Shown piece after piece: positions 1 to 14,401 of a DNA stretch of 64,000 nt (the first letter of the stretch is position 1; each line of letters begins with the position of its first letter). The notes beneath the pieces are model-generated. The model was not told the DNA's origin. It was given only the letters and a program-made list of their open reading frames with translations, and ran no database searches. The stretch lies in assembly GCF_009914755.1 (NCBI RefSeq), contig NC_060940.1; one strand, written 5' to 3'. The position numbers and the translations under genes are program-made. The DNA is from the human T2T-CHM13v2.0 reference genome, Homo sapiens.

Positions 1-140
1 TCTGAGATTCTTTCTAGTAAATTGTTGAAACTGAGGGTGTTCAGGGGAAACCCCTGAACTGGCAGTTGGTGTCAGAAATGAGAATCGTCTTATATGGCCT
101 CTTCCTTTGAACTTTGCAGCTGGACGCAAACTCTGCAGAA
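1..140 (+). mobile_element. 3' fragment of an ERVL-class LTR (MER77/MER68/MER21-like), truncated by the window start
   Basis: TCTAGTAAATTGTTGAAACTGAGGGTG...GAAACCCCTGAACTGGCAGTTGGTGTCAGAAATGAG resembles the 3' end of MER21/MER68/MER77-group LTRs as I recall them; subfamily and right boundary are uncertain. Confidence 0.45.
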
Positions 141-707
141 TTTGGGCCAGAAGTCTCGTGTTGACTTTGCAGCCTAAAGTGTCTTGTAGTTTTTCTAACC
201 CTCAATAAATTTGCTTTCATCAAATATTGTATTTGTTACCCCAAAATTACCATCACGTTTTTTCTCCAAATAACTAACATTGGGAGAAATAGCCAGCTGA
301 GTCTGTAACTCAACAGAAACAAGTGATCCATATACCATATACCATATAAGTGGCCATTTCATTTTGCCTTCTGCCACCAAATCTTAGCAACCTCAACCAT
401 TGCCATGAGCCACTCTAGGCCTACCAGCTACAAACAAACAAGTATCTTTTAAAAACACTTCATACTCCCATTTGATAAATTTCCCAGCAAAGACATGCCT
501 ACTTTAACTCTATGCAAGTGGCTCATATTCATGGTCTGTAGATATTATTCATGTAGTGTGAGAAAATCATCCCAGCGATGCCAGCATATTCTCCTTCCCA
601 TGATCTGCTTAGTTTGCAAACATATTCAGGCCATGGGTGAGAGATTTGTATTTCACTGTACAACAATTTTATGGAGGGAATTGAAACCTACCTTGAGCAT
701 TTTAGTA

Positions 708-1049
708 CAGTCACACATCACTGAATGATAGGGATAGGTTCTATCATATGTATCCATAGGCAATTTCTTCATTTTGCAAACATCACGGAGAATATTACAA
801 ACACCTAGATTGTACAGCCTACCACGTCTAGGTTATATGGTATAACCTCTCTCTCCCCGGCCACAAACCTGTGTACTACATTACTGTACTGAATACTGCA
901 GGCAGTAAGAACACAGTGGTAAGAGATTATGTATCTAAACATACTTAAACGTAGAAAAGTATGTAAAAATATGTATTATAATCTCATGGAACCACTTTTA
1001 TATATGTAATCCATCTTTGATTGAAATGTTATTATGCATGACATGACTC
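708..1049 (-). mobile_element. Tigger3a (MER7A)-like non-autonomous TcMar-Tigger DNA transposon, full length (~342 bp)
   Basis: Begins CAGTCACACATC (708) and ends ACATGACTC (1049), degenerate terminal inverted repeats of CAGTCATG...CATGACTG. Flanked by TA at 706-707 and 1050-1051 (Tc1/mariner target duplication). Internal TTACTGTACTGAATACTG...TATCTAAACATA...TATTATAATCT matches the reverse strand of the Tigger3a consensus as I recall it. Confidence 0.85.
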
Positions 1050-2533
1050 TATGACAAAAATAAAATAACACATTGTAAAAAATATACACAGGTATCAAAC
1101 ATTTTAATATTGTAAAAATAAAAATATTCAGTGTAAGAATTTGTAATGATCACAAAATGTTCACAGCTTATATTTTAGTACAGTTTCAAATGCCTAGTGC
1201 AATTAATATTTGTTTCTGTGTGTATTTTAAGCATGTATATTATAAATATTTTTCAGGTTCAACAAAATATATCAATCCAACTGGCTCTTATAAATATTAG
1301 TTAAAATCAATTAGTAAATTCATATGTATATATACACACGTGTATCTGTCTGTATGCATGTATGTATGTGTAAATGTAACTGTATATGTGTGTAAATGTA
1401 ACTGGATGCATCCTAATATTTACCCTTACCTACAAGATTTCCAAGATTCATTTATTATCTTTAGATGATGTGCATTTAAATATTTACCAAATAAAACTGT
1501 AATCATGGAAAATATCAAGATGTTTCTAAATTCCTCTTGTGCACATAATTGTTCTTTAAATTTATGGTTCTTGCAAAACTTTTGGTAATGCTCATGCAAA
1601 AAATAATTTCCTAAATAAAAAATAAGAACATTTTCTCTGTCATTAATTCTTAATAATTATTTCTCCCCAACAATTAATGTGAATTAATTCTTAATTCTTA
1701 ATTATAGAATAATGTTGCCCTTCAGAGTTCTGAATCTTTTGCATGTTGTATACATTTCACTAACTAGAACAACTTCTGAAATATTGGCATTAATTAATGT
1801 CACTCAGCAATTAATGATTTCAAAGAAATTAAATACCATTCATATTCTGAATCACAAGGGTACTTTGGCATCTAATTTAATCAAGCTCTTTGTATCATCA
1901 TCTACACTTTAATTACTTAACAAACATTTCTCTGTGTGAGAAAGTTTGAGCACGTTATTGTGCTTTTTTAAGATGCAACGTTTGCTTAATCTAGAGATAG
2001 GCAGTGCTCCCTATAAGGCACAAAGAGAAAAATGAAAGAGCAATAGAGATGTGACAGGCATGTAAAAAGAGAATACATTTATATAACAAATAGGGCCACA
2101 GATGATGATAATGGGGATCAAATCTTGAGATACTGACTCAGGTTATAACTGCACTGTACAATAGAGCAAATCATTTGTTAATTTGTTTACAAGTGGAATT
2201 TAATTTAATTAAGATGAATACAGTGTTTTAAACAAGGCAGATCATCTTAAAATAAAATAGTGGAATAAAGTGATAAAACCAATGTAAAAATGATAAACAT
2301 TTTATAAAGAATTTTTGTCATGTAATTTAATATTTTTCTTTATTTAAAATCACCCAAATCAAAATAATTTTATCTTAATTAACAAATAATCATCAGAAGT
2401 TAACTAATTTTTATTTTATAATTCTAGGGTTAAATATTATTACTATATTTTTAATCATATATGCTTATACATAAAATAAACATAGGGTATAAGTTTACAT
2501 GTTCACAATATTATATTTTAATTGTTCCTATGC
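1050..2533. other. Very AT-rich non-coding unique/ancient-repeat DNA abutting the satellite
   Basis: Long A/T runs and CpG-poor; only one 66-aa ORF, with no recognisable motif; ends abruptly at TTCCTATGC|AATGGAATGG. Confidence 0.6.
1322..1404. repeat. Degenerate (TA/TG/TATG)n simple repeat with a ~23-bp direct duplication
   Basis: ATATGTATATATACACACGTGTATCTGTCTGTATGCATGTATGTATG followed by two copies of TGTGTAAATGTAACTG. Confidence 0.7.
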
Positions 2534-5500
2534 AATGGAATGGAATCATTGAATGGAATTGAATGGAATCACCAATGAAGGGAATCGAATGGAATCATCA
2601 TCAAATGGAATCAAGTGGAATCATCGAATGGAATCTAACAGAATCATTGACGAATGGAATGGAATGGAATCATTGAATAGAATTGAATATAATCAACAAT
2701 GAATGGAATCTAATGGAATCCTCATCAAATGGTTTCAAATGGAATCATCAAATGGACTCGAACGGAATCATCGGATGGCAATGACTGGAGTCATCATCGA
2801 ATGGAATCATCGAATGGAATCAAATGGAATCATCGTCAAATGAAATCGAATGGAATCATGGAATGGCATCAAATGGAATCATCATCCAATGGAATCAAAT
2901 GGAGTGATCTAACAGACTCGTGTGGAATCATCATTGAATGGAATCGAGTGGAATCATCTAACAGAAACGAATGGAATCATCATCGAATGGAATCAAAAGG
3001 AATCATCATCAAATGGAATACAATAGAATCATCATATAATGGAATTGAATGGAATCATTGAATGGAATATAATGGAATCATCATCAAATGCAATCAAATA
3101 GAATCATCGGATAAAATTGAACGGAATAATCATCCAATGGAATCGAATGGAATCATCATCGAATGGAATAGAATGGAATCATCAACGAACGGAATTAAAT
3201 AGAATCATCAAATGAAGTTGAATGGAATCAACATCGAATGGAAACGAATGGAATCATCACCGAATGGAATCGAATGGAATCATCATTGAATGGAAACGAA
3301 TGGAATCTTCAACAAGTGGAAACACATGGAATCCTCGAAAGGATTCTGATGGAATCATCAGCACATGGAACCAAATGTAATCATGATGGAGTGGAATCGA
3401 ATGGAATCATCATCAAATGGAATCCAAAGGGATCACTGAATTAAATGAAATGATCATCGAACGGAATTGAAGGGCATCATCAAATGGGATGGAATGGAAT
3501 CATTGAATTGAATTGAATAGAATCACCGAAAGGATTCGAATGGAATCATCATCAAATTGAATCGAATGGAATCATAGAATGGACTCGAATGGAATCATCA
3601 CCGAATGGAACCGAATGGAAACATCGAATGGACATGAATGAAATCATCGTTGAATGGAATCGAATGGTATCATTGAATGGACTCGAATGGAAACATCATG
3701 CTATGGAATCAGATGGAAACGTCCATTGGCATCGAATTGAATCGTCAGTGAATGGAAGCTAAGGGAATAATCAAATGGAACCGAATGGAATCATCAAATG
3801 GACTCGAGTGGAATCATCATTGAATGGAATTGAATGGAATCATCCAATGGACACGAATGGAATCATCTTCGAATGGAATTGAATGGAATCGTCAAATGGA
3901 CTCGAATGGAGTCATCATCAAATGAAATCTAATGGAATCATCGAATGGACTCGAATGGAATCATCATCAAATGGAATGGAAAGGAATCATTGAATGGAAT
4001 CGAATGGAATCATCATCGAATGGAATGGAATCTTCGAATGGACTTGAATGGAATCATCACCGAATGGAATCGAATGGAATCTTCAAATGGACTCCATTGA
4101 AATCATCATTGAATGCAGTCGAATGGAATCATCATCGAATGGAATCGAATGGAATCATCCTCAAATGGAATGGGAAGGAATCATCCAGTGGAGTCAAGTT
4201 GAATCATCATTGAATGGAATCGAATAGAATCATTGAATGAAATCGAATGGAATCATCATTGAATGGAATCATCATGGATTGAAATCGAATGGAATCATCA
4301 TTGAATGGAATCAAAAGGAATCATCATCGAATGGAATCAAATGGAATCATTGAGTGGACCCGAAAGGAATCATCATCAAATGAAATCGAATGGAATCATC
4401 AAATGGCATCAAATGGAATCATCAATGAATGGAATCTAAGGGAACAATTGAATGGAATCAAAAGGAATCATCAAATAGACTCGAGTGGAAACATCTTCGA
4501 ATGGAATCAAATGGAATCATCGAATGGACACGAATGGAATCATCATTGAATGGAATCGAATGGAATCATCGAATGGACTCGAATGGAATCATCATCGAAT
4601 GGCATCGAATGGAATCTTTGAATGCACTTGAATGGAATCATCATTGAAGGCAATCGAATGGACTCGAATAGAATCATCATCAAATGTAATCGAATAGAAT
4701 CATCGAAAGGACTCGAATGGAATCATCATCGAATGGCATCGAATGGAATCTTTGAATGCACTCGAATGGAATCATCATCGAATGGAGTCAAATAGAATCA
4801 TCCAATGTAATAGAATTGAATCATCATCAAACGGAATTGAATAGAATCATCAACGAATGGAATCAAACGCAGAAATTGAATGGAATCCAATTTTATCTTC
4901 ATCGAATTCAACCCAATGGAATCATTAAATGGACTCGAATGGAATCATAAAATGGACTCGAATGGAATCATCATCAAATGAAATCAAATGGAATCATCGA
5001 ATGGACTCGAATGGAATCATCATTGAATGGAATTGAAAGGAATCATCAAATGGACTTCAATGGAATCATTGAATGGGCTCGAATGGAATCATCATGGGAT
5101 GGAATCAAATACAATCATCAAAAGGACACGAATGGAATTATCATTGAATGGAATCAAATGGAATAATCGAATGGAATAAAATGGAATCATCATTGAATTG
5201 AATCAAATGGAATCATCATTGAATGGAATTGAATGGAATCATCATCAAATGGAATCGAATGGAATCATAATCAAATGGAAACTAATGGATTCATCAACGA
5301 AATGAATCGAATGCAGAAATTGAATGGAATCGAATGGAATCATCATCGAATGGAATCAAAAGGTATCATCACGGAATAGAATCGAATGGAATCATCGAAT
5401 GGAATGGAATGGAATCATCAACGAATGGAATCGAAGGGAATCATCAAATGGAATCGAGCGGAATCATCGACTGGAATCGAATGAAATCATCACCAAATGG

Positions 5501-8500
5501 ACTCGAATTGAACTATCATTGAATGGAATCGAATGGAATCATCGAATGGACTCGAATGGAATAATTGAATGGATTCCAATGGAATCATCAAATGGAATCG
5601 AATGGATTCAGTGAATGGACTCGAAAGGAATACATCATCAAATGGAATTGGATGGAATCAATGAAATAACTCGAATGGAATCTTCAAATGAACTCAAGTG
5701 GAATTGTCATCGAATGGAATCGAATGGAATCGTAGAATGGACTCGAATGGAATCATCATCAAATGGAATCAAATGGAATCACTGAATGCAGTCGAATGGA
5801 ATCATCATCGAATGGAATCAAAGGCAATCATTGAATGCACTCCAATGGAATCATCATCGAATGGAATCGAATGGAATCATCAAATGGACTAGAAAGTAAT
5901 CATCATCGAATGAAATTGAGTAGAATCACCGAATGGACACGAATGGAATCATCATCGAAAGGAATCAAATGGAATCATCGAATTCACTCAAATGGAATCA
6001 TAGTGGAATGGAATTGAAAGCAATAATCGTATGGATTCTAATGGAATTATCAAACTGACTCAAATGGAATCATCGAATGGACTCGAATGGAATCATCATC
6101 GAACGGACTCTAACGGAATCATCGAATGGACTCTAATGGAATCATTGAATGGAAACGAATGGAATCTTCAATTGGACTCAAGTGGAATTATCGAATGGGC
6201 TCGAATGGAAACATCGAATGGACTCGAATGGAATCATTATCAAATGGAATCGAATGGAATGATCAAATGGAATTGATTGGAATCATCATCACATGGAATC
6301 AAATTGAATCATCGAATGGAATCGAAAGCAGTCATCTTTGAATGGAATCAAGTGGAATCATCATCAAATAAAATCGACTGGAATCATCGAATGGATTCAG
6401 ATGGAATCATCGAATGGAATCATCATCGAATGGAATTGAAAGAAATCATTATCGAATAGAATCGAATGGAAACATTGAATGGAATCATCATCAAATGGAG
6501 GCCAATGGAATCATCAAATTGACTCAAATGAAATCATCATTGAGTGGAATCAAATGGAGTCATCGAATGGAATCGAATGGAATCATCATCGAATGAAATC
6601 TAATGGGATCATTGAATGCACTCTAATGGAATCATCAACGAATGGAATCGAATGGTATAATCGAATGGAATCGAATGGAGTCAGCTTCATGTGGAATCCA
6701 CAGGAATCACCAAATGAACTCTAATGGAATAATCATCGAATGGAATTGAGTGGAATCATGAAATGTACTGGAATGGAATCATCGAATGGAATCGAATGGA
6801 AACATAGAATGGAATCGAATGGAATCATCAAAGAATGGGATCAAGTGGAATCATCAAATGAACTTGGATGGAATCATCATTGAATGTATTCGAAAGGAAT
6901 CATCGAATATACTCGAATAGAATCATCATCAAATGGAAAAGAATGGAATCATCAAATGGACATGAATGGAAACATCGTTGAATTGAATCATATGGAATCA
7001 TCAAAAGGAATCAAATGCAATCATCATCAAATGGAATCAAAAGGAAACATCAAATGGAATCGAATGGAATCACCAATGAATTGAATCGAATGGTATCATG
7101 GAATGGAATTGAATCATCTGAAAGTTAAATGTAAAGGAATCACCGAATGGACTCCAATGGAATAATCATCTAATGGAATCCAGTGGAATCATTGAATGTA
7201 CTTGAATGGAATCATTGAATGGACCCGAATGGAATCATCATCGAATAGAATCAAATGTAATCATTGAACGGAATCGAATGGAATCACCATCAAATGGAAT
7301 CAAAAGGAATCATTGAATGGACACGAATGGAATCATCACTGAAAGGAATAGAAAGGAATCATCATCAAATTGAATCTAATGGAATCACCATGGAATGGAA
7401 TCGAATGGAATCATCGAATGGACTCGAATGGAATCATCCTCGAATGGAATCGAATTGAATCATCAAATGGACTGAAATGGAATCATCATCGAATGAAACC
7501 TAATGGAATCATCGAATGCAACAGAATGGAATCATTGAATCGATTCGAATGGAATCATCATCGAATGGAATTGAATAGAATCATTGAAGGCACTCGAAAG
7601 GAATCATCGAATGGACTTGAAAGGAATCATCATCAAGTGGAATCGAATGGAATCATTGAACGGACTCGAAAGGAAACTTTGAATGGACTCAAATGGAATC
7701 AACATCGGATGGAACTTAATGGAATCATCGAATGGACTCGAATGGAGTCCTCATCGAATGTAATCACAGGGAATCACTGAATGGACTCGAATGGAAATGT
7801 CGAATGACCTCAAATTGAATCATCATTAAATGGAATCTAATGGAATTATCGAATGGACTCTAATGGAATCATCGAATGGACTCAAAAGCAATCATCATCG
7901 AGTGGAATCGAATGAAATCATCGAATGGACTCGAATGCAATCATCAAACGGCCTCGAATGAAATCATCATCGAACAGAATTGAATGGAATCATCATATGA
8001 ACTCGAATGGAATCATCATCAAATGGAATCGAATGGAATCATCATCAAATGGAATTGAAAGGAATAATTGAATGGACTCAAATGGAATCATCGAATGGAC
8101 TGAAATAGAATCATCATCCAGCAGAATCAAATAGAATCATCAAATGGACTCAAATGTAATCATCATCGAACGGAATCAAATGAAATCATCATCAGATGGA
8201 ATAGAATGTAATCATCACTGAATGGAATCGAATGGAATCATTGAAGGGAATGAGATGGAATCATCATAGAATGGAATCAAATAGAAGCATCGAATGAAAT
8301 CGAATGGAATCCTCATCGAAAGGATTCGAATGAAATCATCATCAAGTGGAGTCAAATGGAAAAATCGTCTAATGGAATCAAAATGAATCATCATCGAATG
8401 GAATCGAATGGAAACATCATCGAATTGAATCAAATGGAATCATCATAGAATTTAATCAAATGGAATCATCGAATGGAATCATCATCGAATGGAATCCTCG

Positions 8501-9393
8501 AATGGAAGCGAATGGAATCATCATCGAATGGAATCGAATGGAACCATCAAATGAAATAGAATGGAATCATCATCGAAGGGAGTCAAATGGAAACATCATA
8601 GAATGGAATTGAATGGATTCATCGAATGGAATCAAATGGAATCATCATCGAATGGAATCGAATAGAATAATTGAATGTAATCGAATTGAATCATCATTGA
8701 AGGGTCACGAATGAAATCATCATCGAATGGACTCGAATGAAATCATCATCCAATGGAATAGAATGGAATATTGGAATGGACACGAAAGCAATCATCATTG
8801 AAAGGAATCGAATGTAGTCACTGAATGGCATTGAATGGAATCATCATTGAATCGAATCTCATGGAATAATCAAATGGACTCGAATTGAATCATCGTATGG
8901 AGTCGAATGGAATCATCATCGAATGGAATCGAATGGAATCATTGAATGGACTCGAATGAAATCATCATCAAATGGAATCGAATGGAGTCATTGATTGAAC
9001 TCGAATGGAATCATGATAGAACGGAATCAAATGGAATCACAGAATGGACTGGAATGGAATCATCATCAAATGGAATCGAATGGAATCATCTAATAGACTC
9101 CTAAGGAAACAACATCGAATGGAATCGAATGGAATCATCCAATATAATAGAATTGAATCACCGTCGAATGCAATTGAATAGAATCATCGAATGAAATCAA
9201 ATGGAATCATCATCGAATGGAATTGAATCATCAATGAATGGAATCGAATGGAATCAAAGAATGGAAACCAATGTAATCATCATCGAATTGAACCCAAAGG
9301 AATCATTCATTGGACGCGAATGGAATCATAAAATGGACTCGAATGGAATCATCAGCGAATGGAATAGAATGGAATCATCGAATGCACTCGAAT
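2534..9393 (-). repeat. Human satellite II (HSat2/HSATII) block 1, diverged; GGAAT strand on +
   Basis: Continuous GAATG-derived 23/26-bp units such as CATCGAATGGAATCGAATGGAAT and CATCATCGAATGGACTCGAATGGAAT. Frequent TCGA and CAT/CATCAT inserts distinguish it from pure (GGAAT)n HSat3. Strand is given relative to the CATTC consensus. Confidence 0.93.
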
Positions 9394-9429
9394 ATAATCT
9401 ACAAGTGGATATTTGGATAGCTTTGAGGA

Positions 9430-9446
9430 TTTCGTTGGAAACGGGT
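9430..9446 (+). promoter_or_regulatory. CENP-B box (core positions intact)
   Basis: TTTCGTTGGAAACGGGT fits nTTCGnnnnAnnCGGGn. Confidence 0.75.
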
Positions 9447-10113
9447 ATAACTTCATATAAAATCTAGACAGCAGCATTCTCAGAAACACTTTTGTGATGT
9501 TTGCATTTAAGTCACGGAGTTGAACATTCCCTTTCATAGAGCAGGTATGAAACACTCTTTTTGTAGTATCTGGAAGTGGACATTTGGAGCACTTTGAGGC
9601 CTATAGTGAAAAGGGAAACATCTTCCAATAAAAACTAGACAGAAGCATTCTCGGAAACTTGATTATGATGTGTGTACTCAACTAACAGAGTTGAACCTTT
9701 CTTTTGATAGAGCAGTTTTGAAACACTCTTTTTGTAGAATTTGCAAGTGGATATTTGGATAGCTTTGAGGATTTCGTTGGAAATGGGAATATCTTCATAT
9801 AAAATCTGGACAGAAGCATTCTGAGAAAAAACTTTGTGGTGTTTGCATGCAAGTCACAGAGTTGAACACTCCCTTCCATAGAGCAGGTTTGAAACACTCT
9901 TTTTGAAGTATCTGGAAGTGGACATTTGAAGCACTTTGAGGCCTATGGTGAAAAAGGAAATCTCTTCCCATAAAAATTAGACAGAAGCATTCTCAGAAAC
10001 TTGTTTATGATGTGTGTACTCAACTAACAGAGTTGAACCTTTCCTTTGACAGAGCAGTTTTGAAACACTCTTTTTACAGAATCTGCAAGTGGTTATTTGG
10101 ATAGATTTGAGGA

Positions 10114-10130
10114 TTTCGTTGGAAACGGGA
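10114..10130 (+). promoter_or_regulatory. CENP-B box (canonical)
   Basis: TTTCGTTGGAAACGGGA. Confidence 0.85.
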
Positions 10131-12163
10131 ATATCTTCATGTAAAAGGTAGACAGAAGCATTCTCAGAAACTTCTTTGTGATGTTTGCATTCAAGTCACA
10201 GAGTTGAACATTCCCTTTCATAGAGCAGGTTTGAAACACTCTTTTTGTAGTACCTGGAAGTGGAAATTTGGAGCACTTTGAGGCCTAAGGTGAAAAAGGA
10301 AATCTCATCCCATAATAACTAGACAGAAGCATTCTCAGAAACTTGTTTCTGACGTGTGTTCTCAACTAACAGACTTGAACCTTTCTTTTGATAAAGCAGT
10401 TTTGAAAAACTCTTTTTGTAGAATCTTGAAGGGGATAATTGGATAGCTTAGAGGATTTCATTGGAAACGAGAATATCTTCTAAAAAATCTGTACAGAAGC
10501 ATTCTGAGAAACATCTTTGTAATGTTTGCATTCAAGTCACAGAATTGAACATTCCCTTTAACAGAGCAGGTTTGAAACACTCTTTTTGTAGTATCTGCAA
10601 GTGGATATTTGGAGCGCTCTGAAGATATGGTGAAAAAGGAAATCTGTTCCCATAAAAATTAGACAGAAGCATTCTCAGAAAGTTGTTTGTGATGTGTGTA
10701 CTCAACTAACAGAGTTGAACCTTTCTTTTGATAGAGCAGTTTTGCAACACTCTTTTTGTAGAATCTGCAAGTGGATATTTGGATAGCTTTGAGGATTTCA
10801 TTGGAAACGGAAAAATATTCATATAAAAAGTAGACAGAAGCATTCTCAGAAACTTATTTGTGATGTTTGTATTCAAGTCACGGAGTTGAACATTCCCTTT
10901 CATAGAGCAGGTTTGAATCACTTTTTTTGTAGTATCTGGAAATGGACATTTGGAGAGATTTGAGGCCTACGGTGAAAAATAAAATCTCTTCCCATAAAAA
11001 CTAGATAGAAGCATTCTCAGAAACTTGTTTGTGATGTGTGTACACAACTAACAGAGTTGAACCTTTCTTTGGATAGAGTAGTTTTGAAACACTCTTTTTG
11101 TAAAATCTGCAAGAGGATATTTGGATAGCTCTGAGGATTTCATTGGAAATGGGAATATCTTCAAATAAACTCTACACAGAAGCATTGTCAGAAACACCTT
11201 TGTGATGTTTGCATTTAAGTCACGGAGTTGAACATTCCCTTTCATACAGCAGCTTTGAAACACTCTTTTTGTAGTATCTGGAAGTGGACCTTAGGAGCGC
11301 TTTGAGGCCTATGGTGAAAAGGGAAATATCTTCAAATAAAAACTAGATAGAAGCATTCTCAGAAACTTGTTTGTTATGTGTGTACTCAACTAACAGAGTT
11401 GAACCTTTCCTTTGATAGAGCAGTTTTGAAATACTCTTTTTGTAGAATCTGCAAGTGGATATTTCGATAGCTTAGAGGATTTCGTTGGAGATGGGAATAT
11501 CTTCATATAAAATCTGGACAGAAGCATTCTGAGAAACATCTTTGTGATGTTTGCATTCAAGTCACAGATTTGAACATTACCTTTCATAGAGCAGGTTTGA
11601 AACACTCTTTTTGTAGTATCTGGAATTGGACATTTGGAGCGCTTTGAGGCCTATGGTTAAAAAGGAAATCTCTTCACATAAAAACTAGACAGAAGCATTC
11701 TCAGAAAGTTGTTTATGATGTGTTTACTCAACTAACAGAGTTGAAACTCTCTTTTGATAGAGCAGTTTTGAAACACTCTTTTTGAAGTATCTGCAAGTGG
11801 ATATTTGGATAGCTTTGAGGATTTTGTTGGAAACGGGAATATCTTCATATAAAAAGTAGACAGTAGCATTCTCAGAAACTTCTTTGTGATGTTCGCATTC
11901 AACTCACAGAGTTGAACATTTCCTTTCATAGACCAGGTTTGAAACACTTTTTTTGTAGTATCTGGAAGTGGACATTTGGAGAGCTTTGAGGCCTATGGTG
12001 AAAAAGGAAATCTCTTCCTGTAAAAACTAGATAGAAACATTCTCAGAAACTTGTTTGTGATGTGTGTACTCAACTAACAGAGTTGAACCTTTCTTTTGAT
12101 AGAGCAGATTTGAAACACTCTTTTTGTAAAATCTGCAAGAGGATATTTGGATAGCTCTGAGGA

Positions 12164-12180
12164 TTTCGGTGGAAACGGGA
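12164..12180 (+). promoter_or_regulatory. CENP-B box (core positions intact)
   Basis: TTTCGGTGGAAACGGGA. Confidence 0.7.
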
Positions 12181-14384
12181 ATATCTTCATATAAACTCTA
12201 CACAGAAGCATTCTCAGAAACACCTTTGTGATGCTTGCATTTAAGTCACGGAGTTGAACATTCCCTTTCATACAGCAGCTTTGAAACACTCTTTTTGTGG
12301 TATCTGGAAGTGGACATTAGGAGCGCTTTGAGGCCTATGGTGAAAAGGGAAACATCTTCAAATAAAAACTAGATAGAAACATTCTCAGAAACTTGTTTGT
12401 GATGTGTGTACTCAACTAACAGAGTTGAACCTTTCCTTTGATAGAGCAGTTTTGAAACACTCTTTTTGTAGAATCTGCAAGTGGATATTTCGATAGCTCA
12501 GAGGATTTCATTGGAAATGGGAATATCTTCATATAAAATCTGGACAGAAGCATTCTGAGAAACATCTTTGTGATGCTTGCATTCAAGTCACAGATTTGAA
12601 CATTCCCTTTCATAGAGCAGGTTTCAAACACTCTTTTTGTAGAATCTGCAAGTGGATATTTGGATAGCTTTGAGGATTTCTTTGGAAACGGGAATATCTT
12701 CATAGAAAAAGTAGACAGAAGCATTCTCAGAATCTGCTTTGTGATGTTTGCATTCAAGTCACAGAGTTGAACATTCCCTTTCATACAGCAGGTTTCAAAC
12801 ACTCTTTTTGTAGTATCTGGAAGTGGACATGTGGATCCCTTTGAGGCCTATGGTGGAAAAGGAAATCTCTTCCCACAAAAACTAGACAGAAGCATTCTCA
12901 GAAACTTGTTTATGATGTGTGTACTCAACTAACAGATTTGAACCTTTCTTTGAAAGAGCAGTTTTGAAACACTGTTTTTATAGAATCTGCAAGTGGATAT
13001 TTGAATAGCTTTGAGGATATCTTTGGATACGGGAATGTCTTCATATAAAAAGTAGACAGAAGCTTTCTCACAAACCACTTTCTGATGTTTGCATTCTTGT
13101 CACAGAGTTGAACATTCTCTTTTATAGAGCAGGTTTGAAACTCTATTTTTGTAGTATCTGGAAGTGGACATTTGGAGCGCTTTGAGGCCTATGGTGAAAA
13201 AGGAAATCTGATCCCATAAAAACTAGACAGAAGCATTCTCAGAAACTTGTTTGTCATGTGTGTACTCAACTAACAGACTTGAACCTCTCTTTTGATAGAG
13301 CAGTTTTGAAACACTCTTTTTGTAGAATCTTCAAGTGGCTACTTGGATAGCTTAGAGGATTTCCTTGGAAACGGGAATGTCTTCATATCAAATCCAGCCA
13401 GAAGCATTCTCAGAAACCTCTTTGTAATGTTTGCATTCAAGTCACAGAGTTGAACATTACCTTTCATAGAGCAGGTTTGAAACACTATTTTTGTTGTATT
13501 TGGAAGTGGACAATTGGAGCGCTTTGAGGCCTACGGTGAAAAGGAAATATCTTCCAATAAAAACTAGACAGAAGCATTCTCAGAATCTTGTTTATGATGT
13601 GTATACTCAACTAACAGAATTGAACCTTTCTTTTGATGGAGCAGTTCTGAAACATTCTTTTTGTAGAATCTGCAGGTGGATATTTGGATAGCTTTGAGGG
13701 TTTCTTTTGAAACGGGATTATCTTCATATAAAAAGTGGACAGAAGCATTCTCAGAAACTTCTTTGTGATGTTTGCATTTAAGTCACAGAGTTGAACTTTC
13801 CCTTTCATAGAGCAGGTTTGAAACACACTTTTTGTAGTATCTGGAAGTGGACATTTGGAGTGCTTTGAGGCCTATGGTGAAAAAGGAAATATCTTCCCAT
13901 GAAAACTAGATTGAAGCATTCTCAGAAACGTGTTTGTGATGTCTGTACTCAACTAACAGAGTTGAACCTTTCTTTTGATAGAGCAGTTTTGAAACATTCT
14001 TTTTGTAGAATATGCAAGTGGATATTTGGAAATCTTTGAGGATTTCATTGGAAATGGGAATATCTTCATATAAAATCTGGACGGAAGCATTCTGAAAAAC
14101 ATCTTTGTGATATTTGCATTCAAGTCACAGAGTTGAACATTTCTTTTCATAGCGCAGGTTTGAAACACTCTTTTTGTGGTATCTGGAATTGGACATTTGG
14201 AGCACTTTGAGGCCGATAGTGAAAAAGGAAATATCTTCCCATAAAAACTAGATAGAAGCATTCTCAGAAACTTGTTCATGATGTGTGTACTCAACTTAGA
14301 GGGTTGAACCTTTCTTTTGATAGAGCAGTTTTGAAACACTCTTTTTGTAGAATCTGCAAGTGGCTATTTGGATAGCTTAGAGGA

Positions 14385-14401
14385 TTTCGATGGAAACGGG
14401 A
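14385..14401 (+). promoter_or_regulatory. CENP-B box (core positions intact)
   Basis: TTTCGATGGAAACGGGA. Confidence 0.7.

Noticed and set aside
41-1912. ORFs at 41-223, 195-380, 495-728 and 1712-1912
   Set aside because: 60-77 aa with no recognisable motifs; they overlap repeat fossils or AT-rich DNA and are within chance expectation.
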